In this document: positions 33,173 through 44,190 of the stretch, piece after piece
Layout: every line of letters begins with the position of its first letter
Position numbering within the stretch: position 1 is the first letter of the stretch
DNA from: Macrostomum hystrix
Lineage: Eukaryota; Animalia; Platyhelminthes
Assembly: GCA_950097015.1 (NCBI GenBank)
Contig: CATNEN010000011.1
Coordinates: 5,394,001-5,458,000 of the forward strand
DNA length: 64,000 bases
Reading direction: 5' to 3'
Position numbers and translations under genes: made by a program
The notes under the pieces: generated by a model
What the model saw: the letters and a program-made list of their open reading frames with translations, nothing else
Told to the model about the DNA's origin: nothing
Databases searched by the model: none

Positions 33173-36100
33173 GGATGAGAGGGAGAGGATGAGAAGGAGA
33201 GGATGAGAGGGAGAGGATGAGAGGGAGAGGATGAGAAGGAGAGGATGAGAGGGAGAGGATGAGAAGGAGAGGATGAGAGGGAGAGGATGAGAAGGAGAGG
33301 ATGAGAGGGAGAGGATGAGAGGGAGAGGATGAGAAGGAGAGGATGAGAGGGCGAGGATGAGAAGGAGAGGATGAGAGGGAGAGGATGAGAGGGAGAGGAT
33401 TAGAGGGAGAGGATGAGAAGGAGAGGATGAGAGGGAGAGGATGAGAGGGAGAGGATGAGAAGGAGAGGATGAGAGGGAGAGGATGAGAAGGAGAGGATGA
33501 GAGGGAGAGGATGAGAAGGAGAGGATGAGAGGGAGAGGATGAGAAGGAGAGGATGAGAGGGAGAGGATGAGAGGGAGAGGATGAGAAGGAGAGGATGAGA
33601 GGGAGAGGATGAGAAGGAGAAGATGAGAGGGAGAGGATGAGAAGGAGAGGTTGAAAAGGAGAGGATGAGAAGGAGAGGATGAGAGGGAGAGGATGAGAGG
33701 GAGAGGATGAGAAGGAGAGGATGAGAAGGAGAGGATGAGAGGGAGAGGATGAGAAGGAGAGGATTAGAGGGCGAGGATGAGAAGGAGAGGATGAGAGGGA
33801 GAGGATGAGAAGGAGAGGATGAGAAGGAGAGGATGAGAGGGAGAGGATGAGAAGGAGAGGATGAGAGGGAGAGGATGAGAGGGAGAGGATGAGAGGGAGA
33901 GGATGAGAGGGAGAGGATGAGAAGGAGAGGATGAGAGGGAGAGGATGAGAGGGAGAGGATGAGAGGGAGAGGATGAAAAGGAGAGGATGAGAAGGAGAGG
34001 ATGAGAGGGAGAGGATGAGAAGGAGAGGATGAGAGGGAGAGGATGAGAGGGAGAGGATGAGAAGGAGAGGATGAGAAGGAGAGGATGAGAGGGAGAGGAT
34101 GAGAAGGAGAGGATTAGAGGGCGAGGATGAGAAGGAGAGGATGAGAGGGAGAGGATGAGAAGGAGAGGATGAGAAGGAGAGGATGAGAGGGAGAGGATGA
34201 GAAGGAGAGGATGAGAGGGAGAGGATGAGAGGGAGAGGATGAGAGGGAGAGGATTAGAGGGCGAGGATGAGAAGGAGAGGATGAGAGGGAGAGGATTAGA
34301 GGGCGAGGATGAGAAGGAGAGGATGAGAAGGAGAGGATGAGAAGGAGAGGATGAGAAGGAGAGGATGAGAAGGAGAGGATGAGAGGGAGAGGATTAGAGG
34401 GCGAGGATGAGAAGGAGAGGATGAGAGGGAGAGGATGAGAAGGAGAGGATGAGAGGGAGAGGATGAGAGGGAGAGGATGAGAAGGAGAGGATGAGAGGGA
34501 GAGGATGAGAAGGAGAGGATGAGAGGGAGAGGATGAGAAGGAGAGAATGAGAGGGCGAGGATGAGAAGGAGAGGATGAGAGGGAGAGGATGAGAAGGAGA
34601 GGATGAGAGGGAGAGGATGAGAAGGAGAGGATGAGAGGGAGAGGATGAGAAGGGGAGGATGAGAGGGAGAGGATGAGAGGGAGAGGATGAGAAGGAGAGG
34701 ATGAGAGGGAGAGGATGAGAAGGAGAGGATGAGAGGGAGAGGATGAGAAGGAGAGGATGAGAGGGAGAGGATGAGAAGGAGAGGATGAGAGGGAGAGGAT
34801 GAGAGGGAGAGGATGAGAAGGAGAGGATGAGAGGGAGAGGATGAGAGGGAGAGGATGAGAAGGAGAGGATGAGAGGGAGAGGATGAGAAGGAGAGGATGA
34901 GAGGGAGAGGATGAGAAGGAGAGGATGAGAGGGAGAGGATGAGAAGGAGAGGATGAGAGGGAGAGGATGAGAGGGAGAGGATGAGAAGGAGAGGATGAGA
35001 GGGAGAGGATGAGAAGGAGAGGATGAGAGGGAGAGGATGAGAAGGAGAGGATGAGAGGGAGAGGATGAGAAGGAGAGGATGAGAGGGAGAGGATGAGAGG
35101 GAGAGGATGAGAAGGAGAGGATGAGAGGGAGAGGATGAGAAGGAGAAGATGAGAGGGAGAGGATGAGAAGGAGAGGATGAAAAGGAGAGGATGAGAAGGA
35201 GAGGATGAGAGGGAGAGGATGAGAGGGAGAGGATGAGAAGGAGAGGATGAGAAGGAGAGGATGAGAGGGAGAGGATGAGAAGGAGAGGATTAGAGGGCGA
35301 GGATGAGAAGGAGAGGATGAGAGGGAGAGGATGAGAAGGAGAGGATGAGAAGGAGAGGATGAGAGGGAGAGGATGAGAAGGAGAGGATGAGAGGGAGAGG
35401 ATGAGAGGGAGAGGATGAGAGGGAGAGGATGAGAGGGAGAGGATGAGAAGGAGAGGATGAGAGGGAGAGGATGAGAGGGAGAGGATGAGAGGGAGAGGAT
35501 GAAAAGGAGAGGATGAGAAGGAGAGGATGAGAGGGAGAGGATGAGAGGGAGAGGATGAGAAGGAGAGGATGAGAAGGAGAGGATGAGAGGGAGAGGATGA
35601 GAAGGAGAGGATTAGAGGGCGAGGATGAGAAGGAGAGGATGAGAGGGAGAGGATGAGAAGGAGAGGATGAGAAGGAGAGGATGAGAGGGAGAGGATGAGA
35701 AGGAGAGGATGAGAGGGAGAGGATGAGAGGGAGAGGATTAGAGGGCGAGGATGAGAAGGAGAGGATGAGAGGGAGAGGATTAGAGGGCGAGGATGAGAAG
35801 GAGAGGATGAGAAGGAGAGGATGAGAGGGAGAGGATGAGAAGGAGAGGATGAGAAGGAGAGGATGAAAGGGAGAGGATTAGAGGGCGAGGATGAGAAGGA
35901 GAGGATGAGAGGGAGAGGATGAGAAGGAGAGGATGAGAGGGAGAGGATGAGAGGGAGAGGATGAGAGGGAGAGGATGAGAGGGAAAGGATGAGAGGGAGA
36001 GGATTAGAGGGCGAGGATGAGAACGAGAGGATGAGAGGGAGACGATGAGAAGGAGAGGATGAGAGGGAGAGGATGAGAGGGAGAGGATGAGAAGGAGAGG

Positions 36101-36492
36101 ATGAGAAGGAGAGGATGAGAGGGAGAGGATGAGAAGGAGAGGATGAGAAGGAGAGGATGAGAGGGAGAGGATTAGAGGGCGAGGATGAGAAGGAGAGGAT
36201 GAGAGGGAGAGGATTAGAGGGCGAGGATGAGAAGGAGAGGATGAGAGGGAGAGGATGAGAAGGAGAGGATGAGAGGGAGAGGATGAGAGGGAGAGGATGA
36301 GAGGGAGAGGATGAGAGGGAAAGGATGAGAGGGAGAGGATTAGAGGGCGAGGATGAGAAGGAGAGGATGAGAGGGAGAGGATGAGAAGGAGAGGATGAGA
36401 GGGAGAGGATGAGAGGGAGAGGATGAAAAGGAGAGGATGAGAAGGAGAGGATGAGAGGGAGAGGATGAGAAGGAGAGGATGAGAGGATGAGG
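33172..36492. repeat. 14-bp polypurine satellite (about 3.3 kb)
   Basis: Unit ATGAGAGGGAGAGG / ATGAGAAGGAGAGG. Confidence 0.97.
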
Positions 36493-38452
36493 GCAGGAAA
36501 GTAAATTGAAGAAAATCAAAATGTAAATCGTTCGACGAAGCCAGGTTTCTCATGAAGGTATTGGCTGAGCTAAAGAATTATAATTTTCGTTTCAGTTTGG
36601 CTCAGACCCAAACAATTTATTGGTTAGTGGAATGCAACACCTGTCTAGAACTGATAAGGACCAGACATGCCTGATTGGGTATCTAAGCGACAAAGGTGTG
36701 ACAGATTCAAACTCTCGTCTTGATTTCCTTTCCTAGAAAGCGAAGATCGGCCTCAACTTTTATTGACTGACTAGGATCTCGCCTTTCTCATAACTATTTC
36801 GCTTTTTTCATAAATAATAAATGTACCCCTTGTCAGTGCCAGAGAATTCGATTTTTGTGCTGAGTTTAATTCGAGTATAGTTAAATGAATCGAACTTGTC
36901 TACTTATAGTAGACAACAGCATTTATGCAGAAACTAAAAATTTTATTTTAAAATCTGCAAAACATGTTTTTCAAGATTCCAAACCTATTTTTAGTACTCC
37001 TATTATAAGCTCATTGACTCAAGCAAAACGGAAAGAAAAAAAGTAAAAAAATCACAAATTTTCTTTCTACTCAGAAAAATTAGGGCCGGAGTTAAATCTC
37101 GAAGTTCATGATTGATAGAATAGAAAATTAATCGATTGTTTCATTTTAATGACCGACGCAGATATTAGACAATAGCAGTGGGAAAGATTTTCGGTACTGA
37201 AGTACTGAATTCTGTTTTTAACCTATTGTCTGTTAGAATCTGTGCTAGCCATTGTTAACGTGAAGCTGGAAAATGCTCTGTTGCGGTAAATAATGGGTTT
37301 ATTTTATAATGGGTTTAAAAATTATGGGATTATAGTAGGCCGGGGAGTTTTAATACTGAAAGATTGCAGCGAGAATTTTTTGGAGAATATTAGAAGATGG
37401 GAAGAGGAAGGGAAGAGGAAGGGGAGAGAAAGGAAGGGGAGAGGAAAAGGAGGGGAAGGGGAAGGGGAGAGGAACGATCAAGTAAGGGTATAGGAAGAGG
37501 AGAGAAATGGGGAGGAAGGGGAGAGAGTAAGGGGAGAAGAATGATAGAGTAAGGGTATAGTAAGGGGGAGGAAGTGTAGAGAAGGGCAATGGGGGAGAGA
37601 AAATGAGAGAGGAAAGAGGAGTGGAACAAATAAAGGATGACAAATAGGTTTTATATCAGAAAACATATTGCCCTTTGGAAGAATGATAAACTTTACATTG
37701 AAACGGGTGTCTGAAGACAGTTTTTTGGATTACAGATAGGATTAGTGATAATACGATATATGACTAGCCGAAAGGTGCTGTGAAAGCAACACGAATATGC
37801 TTCAGGAATAAAAGTTTTAATCTTTCCGAAAGAAAATTGTTTTCAAGAAACCTATAAATAGAACACGCTCCGTCGTATATTAATGGTAGTAATGGTGGAA
37901 CTCAAGGTCAGATTTTGAGTAGATCTATTTGATGAAATTAGCTAATCATTTCTGTAGCCGCCCCACTTCCTTCAGTCCGATAAAGCTAGCTTTCATTTTG
38001 CGGCAATACTCTAGATTAAAGAAGAACCTTATCTTTTCAGACTTTTCTGTCCAGCTCTCTCAGTCTCTTCCGTCCAGACTCATGAGTACAGTGGGAACAA
38101 TCTCCTAGAATCTCCCGAGGTTCCGTAGTGTGCCCTGATTGGCTGGGTAGGTTCGGTTTCTAAGGAGAGGTGAGATTATAGAAATTCGTCGACAACCGGA
38201 CAACGAAGACAAAAAAGGCTCCTTCCCCTCGGATTAACAAATCCCTTGGCTCCCTTATCCCCACTGAGGAATGAACTATATCTCCCTCTACTGTGAGACT
38301 TAAGCGGCCTCAGAAATAGAAGAAGCGAGCAATACACAGAAAATTCGATTGAAATTTGAGTAGGGCGGAGCAGCAATCATTGATAAGCCAGGCAGGGAGG
38401 GAGACGCTCGAGCTTTTGCTCTGTAGCTGCTGAGTTCACAGTTCCAGTCACA

Positions 38453-39384
38453 ATGCAGCTCATTGTGCTTTGCTGCCTGCTGACCGCGGCTGGAGCCATC
38501 AGCGGGCCAGATAACTACACCAACATTGTTGACCGCATCGTGGACACAATCTTCGAGAACTACAACAAGCACCAGAGGCCGGTGTCTCATCACGTTCCTC
38601 AGCAGCACTACGACAGTTCCCAGAGGCCGATTGAGCCACCAACCGAAGTCGAAGTGAACATGAAAATTCTCAGCATCACCAAAGTTGACGTCATCAACAT
38701 GGAGTTCAGCGTTGACATGTACCTGAGACAGTTCTGGCGGGACCATCGACTGGAATGGGACACCAGAAGACAGTTCAGCTTCTACAACGACTCCATCGCC
38801 ATCCCGGCCAAGAAGGAGCATCTGTGGCTCCCTGATTTGTTCTTTCGCAATGGCAAGGAGGGCTATTTGCACAAGATGACGCAGCCGAATTATCTCATCC
38901 GGGTGGAGCCAGACGGAAGTATTCTGTACTCGCAGAAGATCACAATGAAGTTTTCCTGTCAGATGCAGCTGCAGACATTCCCCATGGACACGCAGACATG
39001 CTTCATCAACATTGGCAGCTACGGTTACACCACAAAGAATCTGCTTTTCAAATGGAAGAGAGACAAATTAAAAAGCGCGGTAGAGATGGACAATATGCAG
39101 ATCTCGGAGTTCAACACGCCAAAGTATGTCGAAGTGTCCGACTGTACAAAGGGCAGTGCAACCAGCACCGGCAGCTACGCTTGCCTCATCGCCATCTTCA
39201 AGCTGGAGAGACAGCTTAGCAGCTATTTGGCTGGCACCTACATTCCTGCCATTCTCATTGTCACCGTGAGCTGGCTCAACTTCTGGGTCAGCATTGAAGC
39301 TGTGCCAGCCAGGGTGACTCTGGGCCTGCTCACCCTGCTGGGCATACTCACCCAGGCCTCCACTGTCATGGCCAGCCTGCCAAG
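38453..39384 (+). CDS. Cys-loop ligand-gated chloride channel (GluCl-like), first coding exon B: signal peptide, ECD, TM1, TM2
   Basis: Paralogous to exon A throughout (GPDNYTNIVDRIVD, MYLRQFWRD, CQMQLQTFPMDTQTC, PARVTLGLLTLL). Donor CCAAG|GTCAGG after 39384 (phase 2), at the same codon as exon A. Confidence 0.92.
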
Positions 39385-39419
39385 GTCAGGGGGTGAAATG
39401 GACTGGCTAACAGTAGAGG

Positions 39420-41062
39420 GCGGATGGATGAGAGGAGAGAGCGGATGGATGAGAGGAGAGAGCGGATGGATGAGAGGAGAGAGTGAATGGGATGAGAGTA
39501 GAAAGCGGATGGATGAGAGGAGAGAGCGGATGGATGAGAGGAGAGAGCGGATGGATGAGAGGAGAGAGCGGATGGATGAGAGGAGAGAGCGGATGGATGA
39601 GAGTAGAGAGCGGATGGATGAGAGGAGAGAGCGGATGGATGAGAGGAGAGAGCGGATGGATGAGAGGAGAGAGCGGATGGATGAGAGGAGAGAGCGGATG
39701 GATGAGAGGAGAGAGCGGATGGATGAGAGTAGAGAGCGGATGGATGAGAGGAGAGAGCGGATGGATGAGAGGAGAGAGCGGATGGATGAGAGGAGAGAGC
39801 GGATGAATGAGAGGAGAGAGCGGATGGATGAGAGGAGAGAGCGGATGGATGAGAGGAGAGAGCGGATGGATGAGAGTAGAGAGCGGATGGATGAGAGGAG
39901 AGAGCGGATGGATGAGAGGAGAGAGCGGATGGATGAGAGGAGAGAGCGGATGGATGAGAGGAGAGAGCGGATGAATGAGAGGAGAGAGCGGATGGATGAG
40001 AGGAGAGAGCGGATGGATGAGAGGAGAGAGCGGATGGATGAGAGTAGAGAGCGGATGGATGAGAGGAGAGAGCGGATGGATGAGAGGAGAGAGCGGATGG
40101 ATGAGAGGAGAGAGCGGATGGATGCGAGGAGAGAGCGGATGGATGAGAGTAGAGAGCGGATGGATGAGAGGAGAGAGCGGATGGATGAGAGGAGAGAGCG
40201 GATGAATGAGAGGAGAGAGCGGATGGATGAGAGGAGAGAGCGGATGGATGAGAGGAGAGAGCGGATGGATGAGAGTAGAGAGCGGATGGATGAGAGGAGA
40301 GAGCGGATGGATGAGAGGAGAGAGCGGATGGATGAGAGGAGAGAGCGGATGGATGAGAGGAGAGAGCGGATGAATGAGAGGAGAGAGCGGATGGATGAGA
40401 GGAGAGAGCGGATGGATGAGAGGAGAGAGCGGATGGATGAGAGTAGAGAGCGGATGGATGAGAGGAGAGAGCGGATGGATGAGAGGAGAGAGCGGATGGA
40501 TGAGAGGAGAGAGCGGATGGATGAGAGGAGAGAGCGGATGGATGAGAGTAGAGAGCGGATGGATGAGAGGAGAGAGCGGATGGATGAGAGGAGAGAGCGG
40601 ATGGATGAGAGTAGAGAGCGGATGGATGAGAGGAGAGAGCGGATGGATGAGAGTAGAGAGCGGATGGATGAGAGGAGAGAGCGGATGGATGAGAGGAGAG
40701 AGCGGATGGATGAGAGTAGAGAGCGGATGGATGAGAGTAGAGAGCGGATGGATGAGAGTAGAGAGCGGATGGATGAGAGGAGAGAGCGGATGGATGAGAG
40801 GAGAGAGCGGATGGATGAGAGTAGAGAGCGGATGGATGAGAGGAGAGAGCGGATGGATGAGAGGAGAGAGCGGATGGATGAGAGTAGAGAGCGGATGGAT
40901 GAGAGGAGAGAGCGGATGGATGAGAGGAGAGAGCGGATGGATGAGAGGAGAGAGCGGATGGATGAGAGTAGAGAGCGGATGGATGAGAGGAGAGAGCGGA
41001 TGGATGAGAGTAGAGAGCGGATGGATGAGAGTAGAGAGCGGATGGATGAGAGGAGAGAGCGA
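39420..41062. repeat. 21-bp intronic minisatellite
   Basis: Unit GAGAGCGGATGGATGAGAGGA. Confidence 0.96.
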
Positions 41063-41454
41063 ATGATTCATAGAAGGTCTAAGAGGGTAAGGAGGAGTTT
41101 ATAAAAGTTTTTCGCTGATTCCTGAATATAAGTCGCACGCTTAAAACCTGGGCTTGTCGGTAGAACAGTTGTTTCCTATGTTTTGTAACTGTGGCCACTT
41201 TAATTAATTTTAAAAGCACATCAGAATCGGCGATACGCACCCAGCAACAATCAGTGCTTCTCTCTTGTCAAAGATTGAAAGAAAAAACGAGGCGCTAGTC
41301 TTGTCATGTAAGGAAACGAAAATACTTCAGATCGTGATGATAGTTGGAAGAATTATTGTCCAACAGATACACAAATAGGCTGCGGTTTTTATATCTATAA
41401 ATATTTTTGTTTGGAAAATTTGGTTACACTTCTATAGATAGATAGGATGATAAC

Positions 41455-41830
41455 GCAGATAAATGGGATAGATAGATAGGATAGAGATAGGTGGGATAGA
41501 TATCGATGGGATAGATAGATGGGATAGATATAGATGGGATAGATATAGATGGGATAGATATAGATGGGATAGATAGACGGGATGGATATAGATGGGATAG
41601 ATATAGATGGGATAGATATAGATGGGATAGATATAGATGGTATAGATATAGATGGGATAGATATAGATAGGATAGATATAGATGGGATAGATAGACGGGA
41701 TGGATATAGAGGGGATAGATATAGAGGGGATAGATGTAGTTGAGATAGATAGATAGATCGGATAGATAGATAGATCGGATAGATAGATAGATTGGATAGA
41801 TAGATGGGAAAGATAGATGGGTTAGATATA
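41455..41830. repeat. GATA-type compound microsatellite
   Basis: Units GATA and GATGGGATAGATATA. Confidence 0.9.
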
Positions 41831-42414
41831 TAGGAAAATAGAAATAGATTTCAGGGGAAATTAATAGGTGGAATAGACAGGCGGAAGAAACCGGTGGAAA
41901 TAGACAATTGGAGACAGACAGTTGAGAGACGCAGGAAAGGATTGGCGTAATTCTGCGCTGGGCCATTCATATACTATGAAAGTCCCATAGTTACATAGTT
42001 TCTTCACACTATGGCTATGTTGGTTTGCATGTTCAACTCTGTCATCTCCAACTTCATCTTCATCAACCTAACCCTCCCCGCGCGCACTCCCTTCCACTCC
42101 TAGAAGAAAGCTTTTCATTTCCGCTGTTGAAGTTCTGCCAGGCCCGAGTCTAACCATGGCCTTATTTGCTCGTGCACTAATTTTCACGGCGGGCGAGAAG
42201 TTTGAGTTGAAAGAGGAGAAGCGAAATAACTAACTAAAAGTACATTTGATAATTATCCAAATCTATTTTGGGGTATCGGCATAATTTACTAATTTAAAGG
42301 TGCAATTAAAAAACATGGCTAAAATTAATGGCGTTTTTTTAGTTTTGCGATATTTACGCTCAATAGAAATAGAAAGAAGAGAGAAGAAAATGGGAAGGAA
42401 GGGTGGAAGGGAGA

Positions 42415-42690
42415 GAGCGGAGAGTGGAGAATAGAGGGGCGGAAGACAGAGAATAGAGGGCGGAAGACAAAGAATAGAGGGTGGAAGACAGAGAATAGGG
42501 GGCGGAAGACAGAGAGTAGAGGGCGGAAGACAGAGAGTAGAGGGTGGAAAACAGAGAGTAGAGGGTGGAAAACAGAGAGTAGAGGGCTGTAGACTGAGGG
42601 TAGAGGGCGGTAGACTGAGGGTAGAGGGCGGTAGACTGAGGGTAGAGGGCGGTAGACTAAGGGTAGAGTGCGGTAGACTGAGGGTAGGGG
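42415..42690. repeat. About 21-bp purine-rich repeat upstream of the terminal exon
   Basis: Unit AGAGTAGAGGGCGGAAGACAG and variants. Confidence 0.85.
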
Positions 42691-42767
42691 CGGAAGAGAA
42701 CTACCCAACAGCGCCCAGCAACAAACACCGCATCCTAACTTACTTCCCAACCCTGCCGCACTCGCAG

Positions 42768-43311
42768 GGTGGCCTACATCAAGGCCATAGACATCTGGAT
42801 CATCGCCAGCATCATGTTCGTAATCGGAGCCCTGATCGAGTTCGCCGTGGCTTCATTCCGCGCCAGGCGAACCAAAATAGAGAACTGGCAGCAGGAGATT
42901 CGCTGCGTGGTCCGCTCCGAGCTGCAGCGACTCGCTGTCATACGCGGACCTCCGCTGACGATGCCGCCAAATTCAGCCGGCATCAACCAGCATCATCATC
43001 CTCATCACCTGCTGGCCGGGGCCACTGTCGGCAGCGGTGGCGGCGTCGGCGGCTATCCAGGATTTCCTGAGGAGTTGGAGGACCTACTGGCGGTCAGCAT
43101 TGAGGAGGGCGGAGGAGTGGGCGGCGGCGGCATGGCGAAGGGCGTGATGGGCGGAGCGCCCGCAGCGTCGCCCGTGCCACCTCCCGACTCAGATATCGAC
43201 GCTTACAGCAGATTCCTGTTTCCCGCCTGTTTTCTGCTGTACAACTGCTTCTACTGGCTGTACTATCTGGTGCTGGTGATCAAAATTGAGCCGGGTCAGA
43301 CTGAGAAATAG
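42768..43311 (+). CDS. Cys-loop chloride channel terminal exon: TM3, intracellular loop, TM4
   Basis: Acceptor CTCGCAG|G restores AGG (Arg) to give LPRVAYIKAIDIW. TM3 ...FVIGALIEFAV; TM4 IDAYSRFLFPACFLLYNCFYWLYY; stop TAG at 43311. Confidence 0.92.
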
Positions 43312-43430
43312 CAATCGGACTGTGGGTACCTTGAACTTCTGCTTTCTGCTTGTGTTTTGCTAGTCATTCCATGCGACAGACACTCGAGTGACGAAGGAAT
43401 CCTTAGTCAACCGATTATAACTGTCTCAAA

Positions 43431-44190
43431 GGTATGTCACCTGTCTTTGGGGTGTCTTAGAAGTATGTCACCTGTCTTTGGGGTGTCTTAGAAGTATGTC
43501 ACCTGTCTTTAATTGGGGTGTCTTAGAGGTATGTCAACTGTCTTTGGGGTGTCTTAGAGGTATGTCACCTGTCTTTGGGGTGTCTTAGAGGTATGTCACC
43601 TGTCTTTGGGGTGACTTAGAGGTATGTCAACTGTCTTTGGGGTGTCTTAGAGGTATGTCACCTGTCTTTGGGGTGTCCTAGAGGTATGTCACCTGTCTTT
43701 GGGGTGTCTTAGAGGTATGTCACCTGTCTTTGGGGTGTCTTAGAGGTATGTCAACTGTCTTTGGGGTGTCTTAGAGGTATGTCACCTGTCTTTAATTGGG
43801 TTGTCTTAGAGGTATGTCACCTGTCTTTGGTGTGTCTTAGAGGTATGTCACCTGTCTTTGGGGTGTCCTAGAGGTATGTCACCTGTCTTTGGGGTGTCTT
43901 AGAGGTATGTCAACTGTCTTTGGGGTGTCTTAGAGGTATGTCACCTGTCTTTGGGGTGTCTTAGAGGTATGTCAACTGTCTTTGGGGTGTCTTAGAGGTA
44001 TGTCAACTGTCTTTGGGGTGTCTTAGAGGTATGTCAACTGTCTTTGGGGTGTCTTAGAGGTATGTCACCTGTCTTTGGGGTGTCTTAGAGGTATGTCACC
44101 TGTCTTTGGGGTGTCTTAGAAGTATGTCACCTGTCTTTAATTGGGTTGTCTTAGAGGTATGTCACCTGTATTTGGGGTATCTTAGAGGTA
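43431..44190. repeat. 31-bp minisatellite
   Basis: Unit AGGTATGTCACCTGTCTTTGGGGTGTCTTAG, starting about 120 bp after the channel stop codon. Confidence 0.95.

Noticed and set aside
26064-37666. Numerous low-complexity ORFs (PLS-rich, ERFWRDSG, SSPSHPL)
   Set aside because: Products of simple satellites, with no domain content.
39385-41104. 883-aa ORF appearing to give the channel a 560-aa (RMDERRE)n tail
   Set aside because: It is read-through of a 21-bp stop-free intronic repeat. A GT donor at 39385 and a phase-matched acceptor at 42767 restore the conserved LPRVAYIKAIDIW sequence.
43431-44190. Regular 31-bp repeat (also the 25-bp repeat at 56860-57725) as a possible CRISPR array
   Set aside because: The units are head-to-tail with no unique spacers, there are no cas genes, and the context is eukaryotic.
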